Below are positions 25,466 through 37,432 of a DNA stretch of 64,000 nucleotides, piece by piece (position 1 is the first letter of the stretch; every line of letters begins with the position of its first letter). Origin of the DNA: Alphaproteobacteria bacterium (GTDB taxonomy: Bacteria; Pseudomonadota; Alphaproteobacteria; CALKHQ01); contig CBDDFZ010000002.1 in NCBI GenBank assembly GCA_965227515.1, positions 896,001 through 960,000 on the forward strand. The letters are read 5' to 3'. The translations under genes and the position numbers were made by a program. The notes under the pieces were generated by a model. It was not told where the DNA came from. It saw nothing but the letters and a program-made list of their open reading frames with translations, and did no database searches.

Positions 25466-25526
25466 CGGTGCCGATTGGAACGATCGAACGCCAAGGGCGT
25501 TCATCGACGTGCAGGAAAGGCGTGCG

Positions 25527-26225
25527 ATGACGGTCACGAAACGGCGGCGCGGGCTCGCGCCAAGTGCATTGCTGGCGGTGGCGGCCCTCGTCGGGCCGGC
25601 GGGCGGCGCTGTGGCCCAGGATGCGTCGAACATGCTGGGCATCTGGTACAACGCCACCAGCCCCGGCGGCATCGACGTGGGGGCGGAACAGCTCTCGACC
25701 TTCGTCAACGACACGCGCTGGCCCCATGATGCCGCCTTCTGCGGCGCTGACCGCAGTTACGATTTTTCGGTGCAGGACGGCGATTCGCTGCTGGCGGGCC
25801 TGCTCGCCGGCGATCCGCGGGATGACGACGATATCCCGCTCTCCCAGGCCATCCAGGGCCGCATTCCCGGCGGCACCCATCTGGTGCTGCGCGACCAGTG
25901 CTGCTGCAAGCCGGAGATTCCGGGGACCAGCTACTACATCCAGGTGGCCGACGCACAACTGCTGGCGATCCACTTCGGCGACGGCATCTACGAGGTCGAG
26001 GAACTGTGGCGGTTCGAGCCGCTGGTTGCGCCTGACGGCCTGAACCAATCCCAGATATTTGCGTTGCAGGAAGCGCTGGCCGAGCGTGGGCACTATCAGG
26101 GCGAGATCGACGGGCTGTTCGGCGGCCAGACCATGGTGGCGGTGCGCCGCTATCAGGAAGAGCTGAATGAGATGGTCACCGGCATGCTGACCCGCACCCA
26201 GTACGACCGCCTGCTGTTTCCGTGA
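25527..26225 (+). CDS. Secreted protein with C-terminal peptidoglycan-binding domain
   Basis: Signal peptide; LQEALAERGHYQGEIDGLFGGQT..AVRRYQ. Confidence 0.82.
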   Translation: MTVTKRRRGLAPSALLAVAALVGPAGGAVAQDASNMLGIWYNATSPGGIDVGAEQLSTFVNDTRWPHDAAFCGADRSYDFSVQDGDSLLAGLLAGDPRDDDDIPLSQAIQGRIPGGTHLVLRDQCCCKPEIPGTSYYIQVADAQLLAIHFGDGIYEVEELWRFEPLVAPDGLNQSQIFALQEALAERGHYQGEIDGLFGGQTMVAVRRYQEELNEMVTGMLTRTQYDRLLFP

Positions 26226-26236
26226 CACAGCTCACC

Positions 26237-26340
26237 GTCATGCCCGCACTTGTTGCGGGCATCCACGCCTTAATGGTCCGGTTTGAGCTTCCTTGCACCG
26301 CCAATTAGACGTGGATGCTCGGGACAAGCCCGAGCATGAC
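26237..26340. repeat. REP/MITE-like palindromic element (family A)
   Basis: gtcatgcccgcacttgttgcgggcatccac ... gtggatgctcgggacaagcccgagcatgac. Confidence 0.85.
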
Positions 26341-26410
26341 GTTGTATCCTGTCGTCGTTGGTGATCATTAAACGATAGGCGCGTTTTCGCGGGCCGGGAA
26401 AGCAACCGAA

Positions 26411-27769
26411 ATGAACCTCTTCACCAAGCTGGAAGCGCGCGCCGACAACCCGATCCGCGTCGCCATGATCGGCGCCGGCAAGTTCGGCGCCATGTTCCTG
26501 GCCCAGGCACCGCGGACACCGGGCATCCACGTCGTCGCCATCGCCGAGCTGAACCCGGACCGCGCCCGGCAGTCGCTGGCGACCGTGGGCTGGGAGGCCG
26601 AGCGCTACCAGGCCGGCTCGCTGGACGACGCGCGCAAGAGCGGCGGGTTGTGGATCACCGAGGACGCCCATGGCCTGATCGCCAGCGATGCCGTCGATCT
26701 GGTGATCGACCTGACCGGTAATCCGGTGGCCGGTGTCGGCCACGCGCTGGCCTGTGCCGAGCACGGCAAGCACGCGGTGATGGTCAACGTGGAGGCCGAC
26801 GTGCTGGCCGGCCCCGCGATGGCCAAGGCCGTGCAGGGTGCTGGCAAGGTCTATTCGATGGCCTATGGCGACCAGCCGGCGCTGATCTCCGAGCAGGTGG
26901 ACTGGGCGCGTGCCGCCGGGTTCACCGTGGTCGCCGCCGGCAAGGGCACCCGCTACCGGCCCGAGTTCCACGCCTCCACGCCCGACACGGTGTGGGGTTA
27001 CTACGGACTCACCGCCGAGCAGGCGGCGGCCAGCGGCATGAACGCCAAGATGTTCAACTCGTTCCTGGACGGCACCAAGTCTGCGATCGAGATGGCGGCG
27101 GTGGCCAACGCCACCGGCCTGACCCCGGCGCCGGGCGGCCTCACCTTCCAGCCCTGCGGTGTCCACGACCTGCCGGCGATGATGCGGCCGCGCGCGGAAG
27201 GCGGCTGCCTGCACCACAAGGGCCAGGTCGAGGTGATCTCCAGCGACGAGTTCGACGGCCGCAAGGTGGTGGGCGACCTTCGCTGGGGCACTTATGTCGC
27301 GGTCGAGGCGCACAACGACTATGTCGGCCAGTGCTTTTCCGACTACGGCATGCCGCGCGACCCGAGCGGGCGCTACTCGGCGCTGTGGCGGCCCTACCAC
27401 TACATCGGCCTTGAGCTGGGCATTACCATCGCCAGCATCGCCACCCGCGGCGAGGCGACGGGCGCGCCGACCGGCTGGCGCGGCGATGCGGTGGCGGTCG
27501 CCAAGCGCGACCTCGCCCCCGGCGACATGCTGGATGGCGAGGGCGGCACCACGGTGTGGGGCCGGCTCTATCCGGCCGACCGGGCGCTGGCCATCGGCGG
27601 GCTGCCCATCGGGCTCGCCCAGGGTGCGAAGATGATCCACCCGGTGATGACCGGCCAGCCCGTGCGCTATGCCGACGTCGCCATCGACGAGAACGATCTG
27701 GCCGTGAAGGTGCGCCGCGAAATGGAGGTCGACTTCGCGCCCGCGCTGCCGGCCGAAGCGGCTGAATAG
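26411..27769 (+). CDS. NAD(P)-dependent oxidoreductase, homoserine-dehydrogenase-like, with C-terminal SAF domain
   Basis: GAGKFG, GDQP, SFLDGTKSAIEM, AVAKRDL..G..LDGEGG. Confidence 0.85.
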   Translation: MNLFTKLEARADNPIRVAMIGAGKFGAMFLAQAPRTPGIHVVAIAELNPDRARQSLATVGWEAERYQAGSLDDARKSGGLWITEDAHGLIASDAVDLVIDLTGNPVAGVGHALACAEHGKHAVMVNVEADVLAGPAMAKAVQGAGKVYSMAYGDQPALISEQVDWARAAGFTVVAAGKGTRYRPEFHASTPDTVWGYYGLTAEQAAASGMNAKMFNSFLDGTKSAIEMAAVANATGLTPAPGGLTFQPCGVHDLPAMMRPRAEGGCLHHKGQVEVISSDEFDGRKVVGDLRWGTYVAVEAHNDYVGQCFSDYGMPRDPSGRYSALWRPYHYIGLELGITIASIATRGEATGAPTGWRGDAVAVAKRDLAPGDMLDGEGGTTVWGRLYPADRALAIGGLPIGLAQGAKMIHPVMTGQPVRYADVAIDENDLAVKVRREMEVDFAPALPAEAAE

Positions 27770-27938
27770 GCTCGCCGCACCGGCACGAATGTGACAAACC
27801 GTTCATCGCGGTGTTTGACAAAGCCCTGGCGCCAAACGATCATCCGGCCATCGAAAGGCTGCCGCGCGCGCGGCAGTGACAAACAGCGGCGTGTCGGCTT
27901 CCTTCGGCGCGCGTGTGCATGAGGGGAGTTACAGGACT

Positions 27939-28328
27939 ATGCGTGCAGGTATTGCGGGAGCGTTGGTGATCGCGGGCGTCGTGGCATCGTGTGTGCCGGT
28001 CGGTACCGGTGGCGGTGGCGGCTTCGGCCCGAACTACGCCAGCGCCACCCAGATCCAGCAGGCGGTGACGAACTTCTCGGTCGTCGGTTCTCTCGCGGGC
28101 GGCGGGTCCTACTGCGAATACCATTCGCCGAACTTCCAGCTCATCGGCCGCGACACCCAGCCCTACACCGGCAGCTGGTCGCTGTCCGGCAACCAGATCT
28201 GCTACAGCTATCCGCAGGGCGGCTCCAGCTGCCAGAACGCCGAGATCGTCGGCAACAACATCACCTTCTACGACAACGCCGGCAACTTCCTGGCTGGCGG
28301 CAACCTGGTCGGCGGCAACGTCTGCTGA
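27939..28328 (+). CDS. Small lipoprotein
   Basis: Lipobox VASC, Gly linker, WSLSGNQIC motif. Confidence 0.78.
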   Translation: MRAGIAGALVIAGVVASCVPVGTGGGGGFGPNYASATQIQQAVTNFSVVGSLAGGGSYCEYHSPNFQLIGRDTQPYTGSWSLSGNQICYSYPQGGSSCQNAEIVGNNITFYDNAGNFLAGGNLVGGNVC

Positions 28329-28365
28329 TTGAGGTCCTGACCGCACCTGCAGAACAGGTCCTCCG

Positions 28366-29211
28366 GTGGAACGCAAATCGTTGACGGTTAGCGACGGGGC
28401 GACCCTGAGCTACATGGAGGGTGGCAGCGGCCAGCCATTGGTGATGATCCCTGGCTGGTCGCAGTCGGCGGCGGAGTTCGAGCGCCAGTTCGAGGACCTC
28501 ACCGCCATTGCCCGCGTCATCGCGCTCGACATGCGTGGCCACGGCGAATCGCCGGTGCCGGGTGGCGGCTACCGCATCCAGCGCCTGGCCAAGGACCTGT
28601 TCGACGTGGTTCGCGCGCTGGACCTGAGCGCGCCGGACTTCCTGGGCCATTCCATGGGCTCGTCGGTGATGTGGTCGTATATGTCGATGTTCGGCGCCGA
28701 CGCGCCGCCGCGCCGGTTGGTGGTGGTGGACCAGGCGCCGGCCGCTATCGCGCGGGCGTTCTGGAGCGAGGAGGAGAAGGTCGACTACGGCTGCCTGTTC
28801 CCCTCGTTCGACGTACACGGCGAGTTCCTGGGCACCGTGCTGGCGGCCGATACGCCCGACACGTGCAAGGAGGTGCTGCGCGGCATGTTCACCCCCGGCA
28901 TGGACGAGGGCGAACTGACCTGGATCGCGGAACAGAATTTGAAGCTGCCCCGCGCCCATGCCGTGCATCTGCTGCACGATCACTGCATCCAGGACTGGCG
29001 GTCGGAGATCCAGGCGCTGCGGGTGCCGACGCTGGTGGTCGGCGGCGATATCAGCATCTTCTCCGCCGCGTCCCAGCGCTGGATCGCCAACCAGGTGCCG
29101 GGCGGAAAGGCCGACATATTCGAGGCCGATCAAGGTGGCTCGCACTTCATGTTCTTCGAGAACGCGCCCCGGTTCAACGCGGCGGTGTCCGGGTTCCTGG
29201 GCGGCGCCTGA
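28366..29211 (+). CDS. Alpha/beta hydrolase
   Basis: PGWSQ, DMRGHGES, GHSMG, GSHFMF. Confidence 0.9.
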   Translation: MERKSLTVSDGATLSYMEGGSGQPLVMIPGWSQSAAEFERQFEDLTAIARVIALDMRGHGESPVPGGGYRIQRLAKDLFDVVRALDLSAPDFLGHSMGSSVMWSYMSMFGADAPPRRLVVVDQAPAAIARAFWSEEEKVDYGCLFPSFDVHGEFLGTVLAADTPDTCKEVLRGMFTPGMDEGELTWIAEQNLKLPRAHAVHLLHDHCIQDWRSEIQALRVPTLVVGGDISIFSAASQRWIANQVPGGKADIFEADQGGSHFMFFENAPRFNAAVSGFLGGA

Positions 29212-29348
29212 CCGGTGGCCGAAAGCGGCACGGGCGGGACGGCAGCGCGGATGTGGTTTACACTTCCGTAATGCTGTGCGGCCTAGCTTGCCGGTAACGG
29301 GCCTGGAATCCGCACCCCCGCGCGGCCCGAGGAGAAGGGCAGACGCCC

Positions 29349-29798
29349 ATGAAAGCTCTAGCGGTCATTTTTGTCGGGCTTGCCATCGGCGCCGCCGGTA
29401 TGTGGTTCTATCTCGGCAACCCGGGGCCGGCCGATGACGGTGCGCCCGGTGCCGCCGCGGAGGCCAACCCGCAGGCGCCGGTTTCCGGCGACGTGACGGC
29501 CACCGCGCCCCAGCCCGCACAATCCGTGCCGAACCAGGCCCAGGACCAGGCCCAGAACGGCCAGTCGGCCAACCAGCCCGCCGACCCACCCAGCGGCCAG
29601 ACCGGCAATGTGCAGCCCGTGCGCCAGCCGACCGGCGGCAACCGTCCTGCCGCCCCGCCGGTCGAGCCTTTGCCGCCGGGCAGCACCTTCGACGATTGCG
29701 TCATCGACGGGCGCTACTCGCAGACCTATTGCGTGGAAATCTTCACCAATGCACCGCAGGCCGGCGAGATCCTCGACGACGGGCTGGAGATTCAGTAG
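29349..29798 (+). CDS. Membrane-anchored hypothetical protein, P/Q/A-rich linker
   Basis: N-terminal TM segment, low-complexity middle, two-Cys C-terminal domain. Confidence 0.65.
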   Translation: MKALAVIFVGLAIGAAGMWFYLGNPGPADDGAPGAAAEANPQAPVSGDVTATAPQPAQSVPNQAQDQAQNGQSANQPADPPSGQTGNVQPVRQPTGGNRPAAPPVEPLPPGSTFDDCVIDGRYSQTYCVEIFTNAPQAGEILDDGLEIQ

Positions 29799-29838
29799 CC
29801 GGTCCGGACGTCCGGCACCTGCCGAATAATATTGCTGA

Positions 29839-29907
29839 CCCTCACCCTCCCAGACCATCCGGTCTGGGCCAGGACCCGGCCGGCAAGGCCGGACGGGAGG
29901 GTGAGGG
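29839..29907. repeat. Family B palindrome between convergent genes
   Basis: ccctcaccctccc ... gggagggtgaggg with internal hairpins. Confidence 0.7.
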
Positions 29908-29946
29908 GCTTCTCAGACCAGACCTGGTCTGGGGCCGCCAGCGAGC

Positions 29947-30729
29947 TTACCCCCGGCGGGCGACCATCATCTTCTTGATCTCGCCGATCGCCTTGGCCGG
30001 GTTCAGGCTCTTCGGGCACGTCTTGGTGCAGTTCATGATGGTGTGGCAGCGGTAGAGCCGGAACGGGTCTTCCAGCTCGTCCAGCCGCTCGCCCTTCGCC
30101 TCGTCGCGGCTGTCGGCCAGCCAGCGATAGCTCTGCAACAGCACCGCCGGGCCCAGATAGCGGTCCGAGTTCCACCAATAGCTGGGGCACGACGTGGTGC
30201 AGCAGAAGCAAAGGATGCACTCGTAGAGCCCGTCCAGCTTCTCCCGCTCCTCGTGGGACTGCAGGCGCTCGGTATCGGGCGGCGGCGGGGTCTGGGTGCG
30301 CATCCACGGCTTGACGGAGGCGTATTGCGCGTAGGCGTCGTTCAGGTCGGGCACCAGGTCCTTCACCACCTTCATGTGCGGCAGCGGATAGATCTTCACC
30401 TCGCCCTTCACGTCGTCGGTGTACTTGGTGCAGGCCAGCGTGTTGGTGCCGTCGATGTTCATGGCGCACGAGCCGCACACGCCCTCGCGGCACGAGCGGC
30501 GGAAGGTCAGGGTGGCGTCGATCTCGTTCTTGATCCAGATCAGCGCGTCCAGCACCATCGGCCCGCACTGCTCCATGTCCACCTCATAGGTGTCGATGCG
30601 CGGGTTCTCGCCGCCGTCGGGGCTCCAGCGATAGATCTTGTAGGTCTTGGTCTTGGTGGCGCCGGCCGGCTTGTCCCAAGTCTTGCCACGCTTGATCTTG
30701 GAATTCTTCGGCAGGGCGAATTCGGCCAT
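29947..30729 (-). CDS. sdhB: Succinate dehydrogenase iron-sulfur subunit
   Basis: [34 protein letters not shown]. Confidence 0.98.
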   Translation of the reverse strand: MAEFALPKNSKIKRGKTWDKPAGATKTKTYKIYRWSPDGGENPRIDTYEVDMEQCGPMVLDALIWIKNEIDATLTFRRSCREGVCGSCAMNIDGTNTLACTKYTDDVKGEVKIYPLPHMKVVKDLVPDLNDAYAQYASVKPWMRTQTPPPPDTERLQSHEEREKLDGLYECILCFCCTTSCPSYWWNSDRYLGPAVLLQSYRWLADSRDEAKGERLDELEDPFRLYRCHTIMNCTKTCPKSLNPAKAIGEIKKMMVARRG

Positions 30730-30908
30730 GGGGGACTCCCGGTTCGACGCGGTGCGATGCTGTCACCGATATAGCGGAGGCGGCGGCTTGAGGCCAGCAG
30801 GTGTGCTGGACAACGTGCCGCGCACCTTGAATTTCCGGCGCGCTGCCCGTAAATGTCACGCGCTCGGCGCCGTTGCCAGGGCGCGAGCATGTCACAGGAG
30901 ATGAAGAA

Positions 30909-31934
<1,026 letters not shown>

Positions 31935-31962
31935 GCGGCAGGCTCAGGCCGGCAGCCGGCAA

Positions 31963-33456
31963 ATGGCGAAGGGGCGGGGACGCGGCGGTCCACCGCCCCA
32001 TGTGCGCCGCGCGCAGGCGCAAGCCAAGGGCGCCCAGCGTGCCAAGCATGGCGGACCCGCACCCGCCGGGGCCAGGCGGTACGACAGCGTGGCCGCTCTG
32101 CGCGCCGGTGCCATTGACTTGCATCAGAAGGGCAAGGCGGCCGAGGCGATGGCCGCCTACCGCAAGTATCTGCTGGCGCGGCCGGACGATGCCGGCATCT
32201 GGAGCAACTACGGCGTGGCGCTGCGCGAGGCCGGGCACTGGCCCGCCGCCGAGGCGTGCTATCGGCGCGGGCTGGAGCTGACGCCGGACGATGCCGGGCT
32301 GCTCGGCAATCTGGGCAACGTGCTGAAGGACATGGACCGGCTGGACGAGGCGATCGCCAGCCACGAGGCCGGCCTTGCGCTGAAGCCTGACGATGCGCGC
32401 CTGCGCCACAACTACGGCATCGCGCTCCGGGAGGCGGCCCGTTACGAGGACGCGCTGGCAGCGTTCGACGCTGTGCTGGCCGCCACCCGGGACGACCCGG
32501 TCAACCAGGCCAAGGTCGGCTGGGACCGGGCGATGGTGCTGTTGCACCTGAACCGCTCGGCCGATGCCTGGCAGGCCTATGAGTGCCGGGTGGCGAACGG
32601 CGAGGTGAAGCCGCGCCAGTACGACCAGCCGGTCTGGGACGGCGGCGCGTTCGAGGGCAAGACGCTGCTGATCCACCCCGAGCAGGGCTTCGGCGATACC
32701 ATCATGGCCGCCCGCTTCCTGCCGCAGGTGAAGGCCCTGGGCGGCGCCAACGGACGGGTCGTGCTGGAGTGCAAGACACCGCTGACCCGCCTGTTCGAAG
32801 GGGTCGCCGGGATCGACCGGCTTGTGGCGCCCGATGCGGGGTTCCGCGACTTCGACCTCCATGTCTCGCTGATGAGCGTGCCCGGGCTGGTCGGCGCCGA
32901 CCTGACCGACCTGCCGCCGCCGGTGCCGCTGAGCGTGCCCCAGGCGGCGCGGGACCGGGTGGCGCCGTGGCTCGCGCCCGCCAAGGACCGGTTCAAGATT
33001 GGCATCGTCTGGTCCGGCAGCGTCACCTTCAAGGGCAACGCCAAGCGCGCGGTCACCGTCGATCGCTTCCTGCCGTTTGCCTGCGTGCCGGGCGTGCAGG
33101 TCTATTCGTTGCAGAAGGGGCCGTGCGAGGGCGATCTGGCGGCGGCCGGGGCGGACAGCGTGATCCTGCCCATCGGCCCCATGGTCGACGACTTCGCCGA
33201 GACCGCGGCGGTGATCGACGCCCTGGACCTGATCATCATGACCGACAGCTCGGTCGCCCACCTGGCCGGCAGCCTGGGCGCGGAGGTGTGGAACCTGCTG
33301 CCCTACCACCCCTACTGGATCTATCCGGTCGAGGGCGAGCGCACGCCCTGGTACCCCTCCATGCGCATGTTCCGGCAAACCGCGCCCGGCGACTGGGACG
33401 AGGTGTTCGCCCGCGCCAAGGCCGAGCTGGAAAAGAAGGTGGCGGCGCGGGGATGA
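31963..33456 (+). CDS. TPR-repeat glycosyltransferase (GT9-like C-terminus)
   Basis: TPR helices, EQGFGD, D.SVAHLAG.LG, PWYPSMRMFRQ. Confidence 0.85.
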   Translation: MAKGRGRGGPPPHVRRAQAQAKGAQRAKHGGPAPAGARRYDSVAALRAGAIDLHQKGKAAEAMAAYRKYLLARPDDAGIWSNYGVALREAGHWPAAEACYRRGLELTPDDAGLLGNLGNVLKDMDRLDEAIASHEAGLALKPDDARLRHNYGIALREAARYEDALAAFDAVLAATRDDPVNQAKVGWDRAMVLLHLNRSADAWQAYECRVANGEVKPRQYDQPVWDGGAFEGKTLLIHPEQGFGDTIMAARFLPQVKALGGANGRVVLECKTPLTRLFEGVAGIDRLVAPDAGFRDFDLHVSLMSVPGLVGADLTDLPPPVPLSVPQAARDRVAPWLAPAKDRFKIGIVWSGSVTFKGNAKRAVTVDRFLPFACVPGVQVYSLQKGPCEGDLAAAGADSVILPIGPMVDDFAETAAVIDALDLIIMTDSSVAHLAGSLGAEVWNLLPYHPYWIYPVEGERTPWYPSMRMFRQTAPGDWDEVFARAKAELEKKVAARG

Positions 33457-33680
33457 GCTTCGACCACCCCGCCCTGGTCCGCGATCTCGTCGCGTGGGTC
33501 GCCGCAGCACCCCGGCCCTATGCCGAGGTGATGGAGGCGTGGCGCACGTCCTGCCCCCGTCTCACGATCTGGGAAGACGCGGTGGACGCAGGCCTGGTGG
33601 TGCATGGCCCGGATTCGAACGGTCGGCCGATGGTGCGCGCGACCGAGGCGGGCCGGCGGTTTCTCGGCCGCGGGGATTAG
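33453..33680 (+). CDS. Small hypothetical protein
   Basis: PRPYAEVMEAWRTSCPRLTIWEDA; ATGA overlap with the upstream gene. Confidence 0.75.
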   Translation: MSFDHPALVRDLVAWVAAAPRPYAEVMEAWRTSCPRLTIWEDAVDAGLVVHGPDSNGRPMVRATEAGRRFLGRGD

Positions 33681-33790
33681 CAGCCAATCGCGCCGCGCCC
33701 TTGCCAAATTGGCTGGCTACTGTAGAGCGTGAATGCATACATCAGTATGCGCCACATGCATGGCGGAAACGATTTGGCGGTCATGTGCTA

Positions 33791-34246
33791 ATGGGGTTCT
33801 CACGTTTGGCGAGAGCCGGCGCGCTTGCGCTGGCAGGTATCGCTCTGGCGATTGCGTTTGTGCTGCCGGCCGGCCAGGCGCGGGCAGAGGCCGTGACCAT
33901 CGAGGTCTGCAACCAGACCGGCGCGCGCATTGACGTCGCTGTTGGCGGCCTGCCGAACGACGACGGTCGTTGGGCGTCGGTCGGCTGGTTCCAGATCGAC
34001 GGCGGCAGCTGCTCGACGCTGTCGCCGTTGAACATGGGCGCCAGCCGCTATGTCTACTTCTACGCCACGCAGGCCAGTACCGGCCTGGTCTGGTCCGGCG
34101 ACACCTACTTCTGCGTCCGGAGCGAAGCGTTTTTCATGGGGCGCACGGATGGCAATGACTGCGTGAGCACAGACGGCGAATGGGTCGGCTTCTTCGAGCA
34201 GGACATCGGCCTTGACTACTTCGGCACGGTCACGATCAGGAATTGA
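33791..34246 (+). CDS. DUF1036-like secreted protein
   Basis: VCNQT, GWFQI..G.C, YVYFYA, WSGD..FCV, GFFE. Confidence 0.8.
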   Translation: MGFSRLARAGALALAGIALAIAFVLPAGQARAEAVTIEVCNQTGARIDVAVGGLPNDDGRWASVGWFQIDGGSCSTLSPLNMGASRYVYFYATQASTGLVWSGDTYFCVRSEAFFMGRTDGNDCVSTDGEWVGFFEQDIGLDYFGTVTIRN

Positions 34247-34302
34247 CGGGGCGGGCACTCGCGCCAGCCGCCAGGCGCGCGCCCTCTCAAATTCAGACCC
34301 GC

Positions 34303-34447
34303 TTCATCCTCGCCCTTGTGGCGAGGATCCATTTTTGTCCAGAATAACAATGGCTTCGAGGTGATCTGCACTGACGCCGGGCGGATAGTCGGCCCCAGTT
34401 CGAGTCCCGGCCCATGAATGGGTCCTCGGCACAAGGCCGAGGACGAC
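34303..34447. repeat. REP/MITE-like palindromic element (family A)
   Basis: tcatcctcgcccttgtggcgaggatccat ... atgggtcctcggcacaaggccgaggacgac. Confidence 0.85.
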
Positions 34448-34474
34448 AATGTAGTTTGGACCTGCCAACGCCCC

Positions 34475-34873
34475 TCAATACTCCGCGTAGAGCTTTTCCT
34501 CGACGATTGCCGAGCCGGTGAGGTCGTTGACCGCGCGCTTCAGCCGTGCGCGCTCGTCGTTGCGAACATAGACGCTGCGGGCGAGCGCCACGAAGCTGTC
34601 GCCGAAGTCGTGCCGGCGTTCGTGGTCGCGGATGTCATCCTCGATCTTCCAAAGCGCTGCGTTGACCGCCTGTAATTGGTCCTTCAGGCCAGCCATGTCG
34701 GCGTGGGCCGCCATCAGGGGCGCTGCAAGCGCGCTGAGCTCATTCAATTCGTGGGCGATGTTGGCGGCAGCCGCCTCGTCGCGCACGTGCTTGGCCTTGA
34801 TCTCCAGGATGGTGATCTTGTCGATCAGTTCACCGGCGCCCACCGGCACCATGATGGTATTGGGATCAGCCAT
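34475..34873 (-). CDS. DUF6165-like protein
   Basis: GELIDKITILEIK, LWKIEDDIR, LARSVY..ND.R, EEK.Y. Confidence 0.82.
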   Translation of the reverse strand: MADPNTIMVPVGAGELIDKITILEIKAKHVRDEAAAANIAHELNELSALAAPLMAAHADMAGLKDQLQAVNAALWKIEDDIRDHERRHDFGDSFVALARSVYVRNDERARLKRAVNDLTGSAIVEEKLYAEY

Positions 34874-34878
34874 CGCGC

Positions 34879-35775
34879 TCAGTCTACCTTCTCGGCATGG
34901 AAGCGGCTGCCGGGGCCGGCGGCGGCAATCGCGTCCTGGGCGGCGACGATCTGCAGCTCACGGGTCTGGGCGGCGGCGGTCGCCTCGAAGATCGCGAAGA
35001 TTGCTGCGGCGGCCCCTTCCAGCGCGCCGGCCGGGTCGTCGTCGCGCAGGTAGTGGGCCAGGAACAGGGCGGCGGTGGCGTCGCCGGAGCCGTTGGGCGC
35101 GATCGGCAACTCCAGGCGCGGCGTCGACACCACCCAGGCGGCGTCGGCGGCCACCAGCAGCATCTCGATCCGGTCGTCGGGCGTCTCCTCGCGGATCAGG
35201 CTGGTCACCAGCACCAGCTTCGGCCCCAGCGCCACCATCCGCCGCGCGCCTTCCAGGGCGCCGGCCATGGTGGTCACCGGAACGCCGGTCAGGTGCTCCA
35301 GCTCGAACTGGTTCGGCGTGATGATGTCGGCGGCCGGGATCGCGCGTTCGTGCATGAATTCCGGAATGCCGGGGCGCACGAACAGGCCACGGTCGACATC
35401 GCCCATCACCGGGTCGCAGCAGTAGACCGCCTGCGGGTTTTCCTGGCGTACCCGCGCCACCGCGTCCAGGATCACCTCGCCCAGCGCCGGTGCGCCCATA
35501 TAGCCGCTCAGCACCGCCGCGCAATCGCCCAGCACGCCGCGTGCGGCGATGCCGCCCAGCACCGCGCGCAGGTCGTCGGGGGCGAAGACGGGGCCGGCAA
35601 AGTCCGGGTAGCCGGTGTGGTTGGAGAACATCACCGTGTGGATCGGCCACACCTCGAACCCCAGCCGCTGCAGCGGAAACACGGCGGCCGCGTTGCCGAC
35701 ATGGCCATAGGCCACGTGGCTCTGGATCGAAAGTATCGCGTTACGGGTGCCGTGTGTGTTGGCGCCGTCCATCAT
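34879..35775 (-). CDS. pdxY: Pyridoxal kinase
   Basis: [38 protein letters not shown]. Confidence 0.93.
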   Translation of the reverse strand: MMDGANTHGTRNAILSIQSHVAYGHVGNAAAVFPLQRLGFEVWPIHTVMFSNHTGYPDFAGPVFAPDDLRAVLGGIAARGVLGDCAAVLSGYMGAPALGEVILDAVARVRQENPQAVYCCDPVMGDVDRGLFVRPGIPEFMHERAIPAADIITPNQFELEHLTGVPVTTMAGALEGARRMVALGPKLVLVTSLIREETPDDRIEMLLVAADAAWVVSTPRLELPIAPNGSGDATAALFLAHYLRDDDPAGALEGAAAAIFAIFEATAAAQTRELQIVAAQDAIAAAGPGSRFHAEKVD

Positions 35776-35924
35776 GCCGCCCGATTGTGGTTGTAGCCGT
35801 TGGTGCGAAAGCGGCGGCATTCAAGCCGCCGCGCCGGAATGTTGCAATCAAATGGCGTGTGGGGCAGGTGCGGTATGCTGGCGCATCGAACCCCCGAACG
35901 CGTCGATCTGAAGGAGACAATACC

Positions 35925-36569
35925 ATGCAAATTGGGCAGCGCATGTCCTGCATCCTGGCCGCCGCATCGGCAATCTCGGCCCTGGCCACCAGCGCCATGG
36001 CGGACGTGACCCTGCCATTGACCGAGACGCAGCAGACCCAGTTGGTGCAGAGTGCGCTGACCATTATGAACGAGGACCCGGGACCCATCGACGGCCGGAT
36101 CGGGCCGCAGACACGCGGTGCGCTTCAGAACTACCTCGATGCCGCCGATCTGAACGGCGATCCCAACAATATCGACCAGGCGCTGCTGGATGGGCTGAAC
36201 GACCGTGCCGGCCCGGCCATCGCCGAGGCGTTCGGTTACCCGATCGACGGCCAGTGGACCTATGTGACCAGCGTGCTGGAACGCGACCAGATCGAGCCGG
36301 CGCTGGCCCGGCTCGGCGTGGCGCCGCCTGCGGCCTGCGACGGCATCTCCGGCGACGACGTCACGTTCGACGGCCTGCTCGTGCAGCGCGGCACCGACAT
36401 CGTGTTCGTCATGACCATGAGCGAGAGCGACGAGGGCGGCGCCGGCCCGCTGAACCCGCGCCCGGAATCGCTGGAATGGGAGGGCGGCATGTACCGGCCG
36501 GTCAGTGCCGACATCCTGGCCTACGCGGCCGAGGGCAGCTTCGACGTCTATCTGCGCTGCGGCGCATAG
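35925..36569 (+). CDS. Secreted protein with N-terminal peptidoglycan-binding domain
   Basis: GGAG RBS, signal peptide, VQSAL....DPGPIDGRIGPQTR.A. Confidence 0.8.
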   Translation: MQIGQRMSCILAAASAISALATSAMADVTLPLTETQQTQLVQSALTIMNEDPGPIDGRIGPQTRGALQNYLDAADLNGDPNNIDQALLDGLNDRAGPAIAEAFGYPIDGQWTYVTSVLERDQIEPALARLGVAPPAACDGISGDDVTFDGLLVQRGTDIVFVMTMSESDEGGAGPLNPRPESLEWEGGMYRPVSADILAYAAEGSFDVYLRCGA

Positions 36570-36817
36570 CACTCCCCCGATTTGCCGGCCATAGAATCGA
36601 CAAATTACAGTCCTGTAATGCCGGAACGCGGTTCTGAACGGTGTTCGGAACCGCGTGCCGGGGATCCAGGGGCGCGGGCGGCGCGTGACGGACGGAATGG
36701 ATCCCGGGGTCTACAGGCCAGGTGAAAACAGGCGGCGGTGCCGTCGATTGAACCTGTCCTGCGTGTTCCGCGACATGAGGTGTGTCGCGCCACATGCACC
36801 AGACAGGACGTCAGACC

Positions 36818-37213
36818 ATGTTCCGCCCGTTGCCGATCTTTGCCGTCGCCGCCATTGCATGGTTCGGCATCGGCTTGTTCCTCGCCATCCATGATCTGAA
36901 CGCCATGGCCGCGCCCAGGGCGTGGGATTTCGTGCTGTTGTGCACGATGCCGGCGCTGGAATTGCCGCTGGCGGTGCTGGCGTTCCTGAACCGGCGATGG
37001 GCGCAGTACGGCTATATCGCGGCGTTCTTCGTCGGGCTGCCGTGCCGGCTTTCGGCCATGACCGTGTACATGGACGGCGCGACCGAGATCGGGCCGGTGA
37101 TCGCGTTCGGCATCGCGATGACGGCGATCATCGTCGGCACGCTCTCCAGGGTTCTGGTCAGCCCGCGCGGCGACGCGGTGCTGGGTGAGGAACCGCAGCC
37201 CTCCGGCAACTGA
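36818..37213 (+). CDS. Small 4-TM membrane protein
   Basis: Four hydrophobic segments. Confidence 0.7.
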   Translation: MFRPLPIFAVAAIAWFGIGLFLAIHDLNAMAAPRAWDFVLLCTMPALELPLAVLAFLNRRWAQYGYIAAFFVGLPCRLSAMTVYMDGATEIGPVIAFGIAMTAIIVGTLSRVLVSPRGDAVLGEEPQPSGN

Positions 37214-37432
37214 TCGCTGCGATTGCTGGCCCCGCGGCGTTGCAGGAGTCCGCAGCGGCCCTCTCCTGCCAATTTGGCCGCAAATGCGCGGCCCGCAACG
37301 CTACACCGCTGGCGGCCCATGACGGCGCGAACAACGGAAAATCCGGGGCGCTGTCAAACCGTGCCGGCGGGTTGTGTTGCGCCATGACTTTGCTACGCTT
37401 GATGTTTGTTCCGTCGTCAATGGAGGCGATCC

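Noticed and set aside
34380-34415. GTTCGAGTCC tRNA T-loop-like motif
   Set aside because: No acceptor, D or anticodon arms can be built; it lies inside a family A repeat spacer.
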